Positions 31,314 to 35,489 of a stretch of 35,489 nt of DNA are shown here, in pieces (position 1 is the first letter of the stretch; the number at the start of each line of letters is the position of its first letter). The notes below the pieces were generated by a model, which was given only the letters and a program-made list of their open reading frames with translations, made no database searches and was not told the DNA's origin. The DNA is taken from assembly GCA_900128585.1 (NCBI GenBank), contig LT642199.1:1-35489 (forward strand), given 5' to 3'. Origin of the DNA: Stramenopiles sp. TOSAG23-3. Its lineage: Eukaryota. A program made the translations under genes and the position numbers.

Positions 31314-33545
31314 ATGGAAGCGGAAGATATTCTATACGCCGAAGGCGTTTACCGAAGTTTCGCTGAACTCCCTACCATTACTGGCGGTGTGATGACGAAA
31401 ACAAAAGACGGTTCAAACGTGAAAATATCCCTTACAAAGAATCAGAAAGATGTTGTAAACAACAGCAAGAATAAACTGTTGAGCGAATTCTATGTCTCTA
31501 CTCAGACGCCGAGTTTAATTGTCGAACCTACCCTATTTCCACTTTCGCCCAAAACGGTCCTTCACTTGCCTTCTCCAACTGGTAAGTTTTCCCTTAGACT
31601 TATAAAAGAAGACAGTGACAAGAAAGGTGGCAGCGACGGCCCTAATTTTGTGTTTGAAATATACGACCGTTCCGGGAGACTCCACCGCGTAGAATCCCAG
31701 GGCGTTCATGGTCAAGTATTCTTAGGCCACCCATTTGGCTCTGTCGTCTGGTCGCCTTGTGAAACCAAAATCGGCTACGTTGCGGAGCGAAAGAAGAAAG
31801 ACAGGCTGAAGCTGTTTTCCCAGGACAAAGACGCAAAGAGTGGCGAGGATGGGGTAAACGGAATGCGGAGTGAGTTTGAATACGAAGACGATTTTGGCGA
31901 ACAAATGAACGGTGCTCAACAGCCAGTGCCGTTTATTATTGATTTGGGCAAGGCCAAAGTGACGATTCAACCGGTCAACATTTCCGAAGAGTTTAGCACG
32001 CTAGCGTTTGGTCAGTTTCAGTTTACCCCCAAGAACGACCTTGTCGTTGCTGTAGGATGGAGAACGACCCCGAGGCGGTTCGGCATAATCTACTACAACA
32101 CAAGGCCCTCCAAACTGTACATGTTCAACGTTAAGGGGCCGCCAGCAACGAAATGCATTACCCCGAATGAGGAGGATTACAGCGTTTGCAACCCGCGTTT
32201 TTCACCTAGCGGTGCCAACCTGGCGTATCTTACGACGCGGAAAACAGCCGTGCACAACTCTTGCAGTTGCTTGAGACTGGTCCCATGGAAGAGCGTGCTA
32301 GAGACAGATAATGCAGCACCAGAAACAATTATTGATTATGTTGAAGTACCGAATGGTCCAGGCGGGTTTTGTGGTCTGTTTGACCAAGGCACATGGCCCA
32401 AACAACCTTTCTTGAACGAGGAGACCATCATCTTCTCCTCGTTGCACCGTTCTATATTAAAAATCTGCTGCGTCAATCTTGCCACTAAAGCGCTATCGAC
32501 GATGCCACTCCCATTGGCACTCGAGGCGAACGAAACGGTCGGTTATTGCGCAAGTGCGCTCTTTGCGCGCGACAATACCGTTCTCTGGAAGTTTAACCGG
32601 CCGAACTGTCCCGACAGATGCTTTGTGTCCCAGTTTGGCGAAGAAGGTGGCGTCCAGCACCTCGAGATTTCCCGGGAGAAATGCAGGTCAGCCCTTCCAT
32701 CGCACAGAATATTTTCAATGGAGAAAGATGGAATGGTACTGGAAGGCCTGCTCTCGTTGCCCTCTAACGGGGGTGACAAACTACCCCCGTTGATTCTGTC
32801 CCCACACGGAGGGCCGCACAGTGCAACAATGTCCAGTTTTAACGCGACCATATGCACGCTGAACCACTTGGGGTTCGCCGTTTTGCAGGTAAACTACAGG
32901 GGATCCTTAGGGTATGGGCTCCGTTCTCTCGAAAGTTTGCCTGGAAAAGTTGGAAGGCAAGACGTTGACGATTGCATGTCTATATTAAACGAGGCCTTGC
33001 AAAGCGGTGAGTGTAGCAAAAGCGAGGTCTTTGTGCTTGGGGGTTCCCACGGTGGTTTCTTAACAGGTCATTTAATCGCACAGTTTCCGGACAGGTTTCG
33101 CGCAGCAGCGGCTCGAAATCCTGTACTAAACATGGCGGGAGAGTTTGTTGCGACGGACATTCCAGACTGGTGCCACGTGGAGGCTGGCACGGGGGTAGAC
33201 GTTGTGAATGACGGACTCCCGTACGTGCCAACACCGCAAATTTACTCGTTGCTGTATGAGACCAGCCCCATCTCTTTGGTAAACAGTGTGAAAACCCCGT
33301 TGATGCTGATGGTAGGTGGTGCGGATATTCGAGTCCCATGGGCCCAGAGCTTTGATTTCTTTCACATACTAAGGTCCAAAGGCGTCCCAGTGAAACTCTT
33401 GGCGTACCCGAAAATGCAGCATGCGCTGGCCGACTTTTCTCGAGAAGAGGCCGACGTTTGGATAAACGTTATCATGTGGTTCAGCAAGTTCGTGAAGGAG
33501 AGGGGTGACCTTGACCCAAATTTTTGCACAGCTCGTGCCCTCTAG
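31314..33545 (+). CDS. APEH: Acylamino-acid-releasing enzyme (acylpeptide hydrolase, S9C)
   Basis: N-terminal propeller (VWSPCETKIGYVAERKK, EYEDDFGEQM), PHGGPHS, VNYRGSLGYG, nucleophile GGSHGG, RNPV...TDIPDW, Asp in GGADIRVP, His in MQHAL. Confidence 0.95.
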   Translation: MEAEDILYAEGVYRSFAELPTITGGVMTKTKDGSNVKISLTKNQKDVVNNSKNKLLSEFYVSTQTPSLIVEPTLFPLSPKTVLHLPSPTGKFSLRLIKEDSDKKGGSDGPNFVFEIYDRSGRLHRVESQGVHGQVFLGHPFGSVVWSPCETKIGYVAERKKKDRLKLFSQDKDAKSGEDGVNGMRSEFEYEDDFGEQMNGAQQPVPFIIDLGKAKVTIQPVNISEEFSTLAFGQFQFTPKNDLVVAVGWRTTPRRFGIIYYNTRPSKLYMFNVKGPPATKCITPNEEDYSVCNPRFSPSGANLAYLTTRKTAVHNSCSCLRLVPWKSVLETDNAAPETIIDYVEVPNGPGGFCGLFDQGTWPKQPFLNEETIIFSSLHRSILKICCVNLATKALSTMPLPLALEANETVGYCASALFARDNTVLWKFNRPNCPDRCFVSQFGEEGGVQHLEISREKCRSALPSHRIFSMEKDGMVLEGLLSLPSNGGDKLPPLILSPHGGPHSATMSSFNATICTLNHLGFAVLQVNYRGSLGYGLRSLESLPGKVGRQDVDDCMSILNEALQSGECSKSEVFVLGGSHGGFLTGHLIAQFPDRFRAAAARNPVLNMAGEFVATDIPDWCHVEAGTGVDVVNDGLPYVPTPQIYSLLYETSPISLVNSVKTPLMLMVGGADIRVPWAQSFDFFHILRSKGVPVKLLAYPKMQHALADFSREEADVWINVIMWFSKFVKERGDLDPNFCTARAL

Positions 33546-33655
33546 GTAGCATTTATTATGGTAGGCGGGCTGACTGTGTTTAATTTAGGAATTGAGGAGA
33601 AAAGAAAGAAAAAAACCTTATTTTTGTTTCTAGATATGATATCTAAATTAATTAA

Positions 33656-33718
33656 AAACAAGAAAATTGGCTGTTATATTTATAAGTAATTAAATTAATG
33701 TACTACTGCGAACTGAAC
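33656..33718 (+). repeat. Dispersed element copy 4 (extended form)
   Basis: 19-mer core, then TAAGTAATTAAA and ATGTACTACTGCGAACTGAAC. The sub-motif ATGTACTGCGAACTGA recurs at 33760-33775. Confidence 0.85.
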
Positions 33719-33848
33719 TCTAAATTTAGACATTCGACATTCGAGGTTTACATTCCTTCATGTACTGCGAACTGATCTTTGCTCTTTTGGTGTTACTAAT
33801 CGATATACCCTTGTCACTTAGTGTTGACTATCATTCTCAGGTGTACTC

Positions 33849-33984
33849 CATGCATGATCTGAATCCTATTATAAGAATCCCAAGAGTAAGTGTAAAAAAA
33901 CCTATGATAATTCATTTTATCTAAATTTATACTTCGTAGTAAATGTAATAACGGGATCGACATTACCGATTCGGATCATGCATG
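33849..33984. repeat. 17-bp inverted repeat with 102-nt spacer
   Basis: CATGCATGATCTGAATC (33849-33865) versus GATTCGGATCATGCATG (33968-33984): 16/17 Watson-Crick pairs plus one G-U. Confidence 0.8.
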
Positions 33985-34014
33985 ACTTAAAAAATAACAG
34001 CCAATTTTTTGTTT
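33985..34014 (-). repeat. Dispersed element, inverted copy
   Basis: Reverse complement reads AAACAAAAAATTGGCTGTTATTTTTTAAGT. Confidence 0.8.
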
Positions 34015-34286
34015 GAAAGTAAATGCTTCCATTTGCTGTTAAACCACTCAAGGTTACTTTGATGTTAACCATTCACGTTAATTTGTCTTATATTCCTCTT
34101 TCACTTAAATAAGTTAAATTTTTAGAGAAAGCGAAGTTTAGGTTTTTTTTTATTAGGAGGTTTCTTATCATTAATTATTTACAGTACTGATCCTCCTTCG
34201 CGGACTTCAACTTAGTCGGGAAAAATGCAATTTCGATATTCAAACGAACGCGCGCGAGTGAAATCTGCGAGGGACTTTCAAAGGTT

Positions 34287-34919
34287 TCAAAAAGACTCGC
34301 AGTAGTACCCTTCGTCTTCCTCCATCGAACCATCATCGTGTGTATTTTGCTGACTACCCTGGTGGAACGTACCTTCCGAGCCGTGTGAACGGTTGTCACC
34401 GTACAATATGCCATCGGGAATCCTTCCTGTAGTCCTCACGTTTCCCATTTGATCGCTCAAATCGTCCATATCGCCACTATCGACAACGCCCAGTTTTGGG
34501 CACCAGTAATCGCGATGCGCGTCAAAGCGGTCCCTCGCAAAGAGTCCACCGCAACGGACACACACGACCGACGACCCACTCTCCATCGCGTGTCGTAAAA
34601 TAACCGAGCCCTCCCGTTCGTCTTTTAAAATACTATCCCGCTGAAGCATATCATCGCATATTGCCCTCGCAGCGGCCAGCTGCGCCGCTTCTTCGACGTT
34701 TCTTGCACCCCGTGACAGAGCACTCTGGCGCCCAGCTTCCGCATTCGCTTTCGCAGCGTCCAAACACTTTATTACTTCCCCTTCGTCCCCGTTGCACTTC
34801 AGGGTAGCGGCATTTATAGCATACGCAATGGCAGATTTTCCATCGCCTTCTTGAAGCTTTTGTCGTGCCAAATTAAGAAGTGCTTCTATCTGCTTGTCAA
34901 CGTTTTTTGTAGAGGCCAT
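34287..34919 (-). CDS. Uncharacterised protein with C2HC zinc finger
   Basis: ATG start. SILKDE...SGSSVVCVRCGGLFARDRFDAHRDYWC (C-x2-C-x12-H-x4-C) resembles an uncharacterised family I recall from plants. Acidic tail. Confidence 0.75.
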   Translation of the reverse strand: MASTKNVDKQIEALLNLARQKLQEGDGKSAIAYAINAATLKCNGDEGEVIKCLDAAKANAEAGRQSALSRGARNVEEAAQLAAARAICDDMLQRDSILKDEREGSVILRHAMESGSSVVCVRCGGLFARDRFDAHRDYWCPKLGVVDSGDMDDLSDQMGNVRTTGRIPDGILYGDNRSHGSEGTFHQGSQQNTHDDGSMEEDEGYYCESF

Positions 34920-35489
34920 GACCGTACAATTTTATATGGGTTCCACTTCTTGATCGTAAAGTAACAGCCACGCTCTCGAAACGTTTCTCGCAGACGTTTC
35001 TCACAGAGAGGGAGGGGGGGGGGGGGGCAAAAAATAACTCCATCTGTTCAACATAAATTATAATAATAATAATAATATAATAATGAAATAATGAAATAAA
35101 ACAACAAAAAAATTTTAAAAAAAGAAAGAAGAAGAAGAAGAGGTAGGAGAAGAAAAAAAAAGAAGAAGAGGAAGAAGAGGAGTATCATTGGAAGAATTAA
35201 ATTTTATTAGCTTTACGTATAATAGATCTAGTCAATTAGACACAAGAGCTCTATCACTAATAAAATCAATCAATCCAGAAGAAAACACCGAGCAAGCAGC
35301 GGAGAGAGAAGAAAAGAAAAGACCAGACGACCAAAAGTGGAACCAGACACCAGCAGACCAGTAACAGAATTTTTGTATTTTTTTTTTAATTTTTTGTATA
35401 ACGTTGAGTGTAATAATATTAATAATAATAATATTTATATCACCCTGTGCGCCGCGTTTCGTTTCATTCGCTTGTTCTTCTTCTTCTTC

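Overview
Eukaryotic nuclear DNA from a compact, intron-poor genome. A heterotrophic protist, possibly a stramenopile, is my inference from gene content and is not proven. About 12 apparently intron-less genes sit in GC-richer blocks separated by very AT-rich, microsatellite-bearing spacers, and there is one 61-N assembly gap. The genes are: a PRL/PTP4A phosphatase, an ankyrin-WW-KCBP-type kinesin-14, a 2072-aa secreted coiled-coil/WSC/fibrinogen-like protein, dyskerin (CBF5), an ankyrin protein, an EF-hand protein, a Ytp1/TMEM45-like membrane protein, a calponin-homology kinesin-14, a secretory JmjC protein split at a G11 run, a TPR protein, acylamino-acid-releasing enzyme and a C2HC zinc-finger protein. 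The most striking unexplained signal is non-coding. The 19-mer AAACAAGAAAATTGGCTGT occurs exactly four times on the + strand, each 71-143 nt after a stop codon, and there are two degenerate inverted copies. One copy is bracketed by a perfect 11-bp direct repeat, and two forward/reverse pairs span 377 and 359 bp on either side of the APEH gene. This points to an undescribed 3'-end cis-element or a tiny mobile element. All calls are from reading the sequence; no searches were run.
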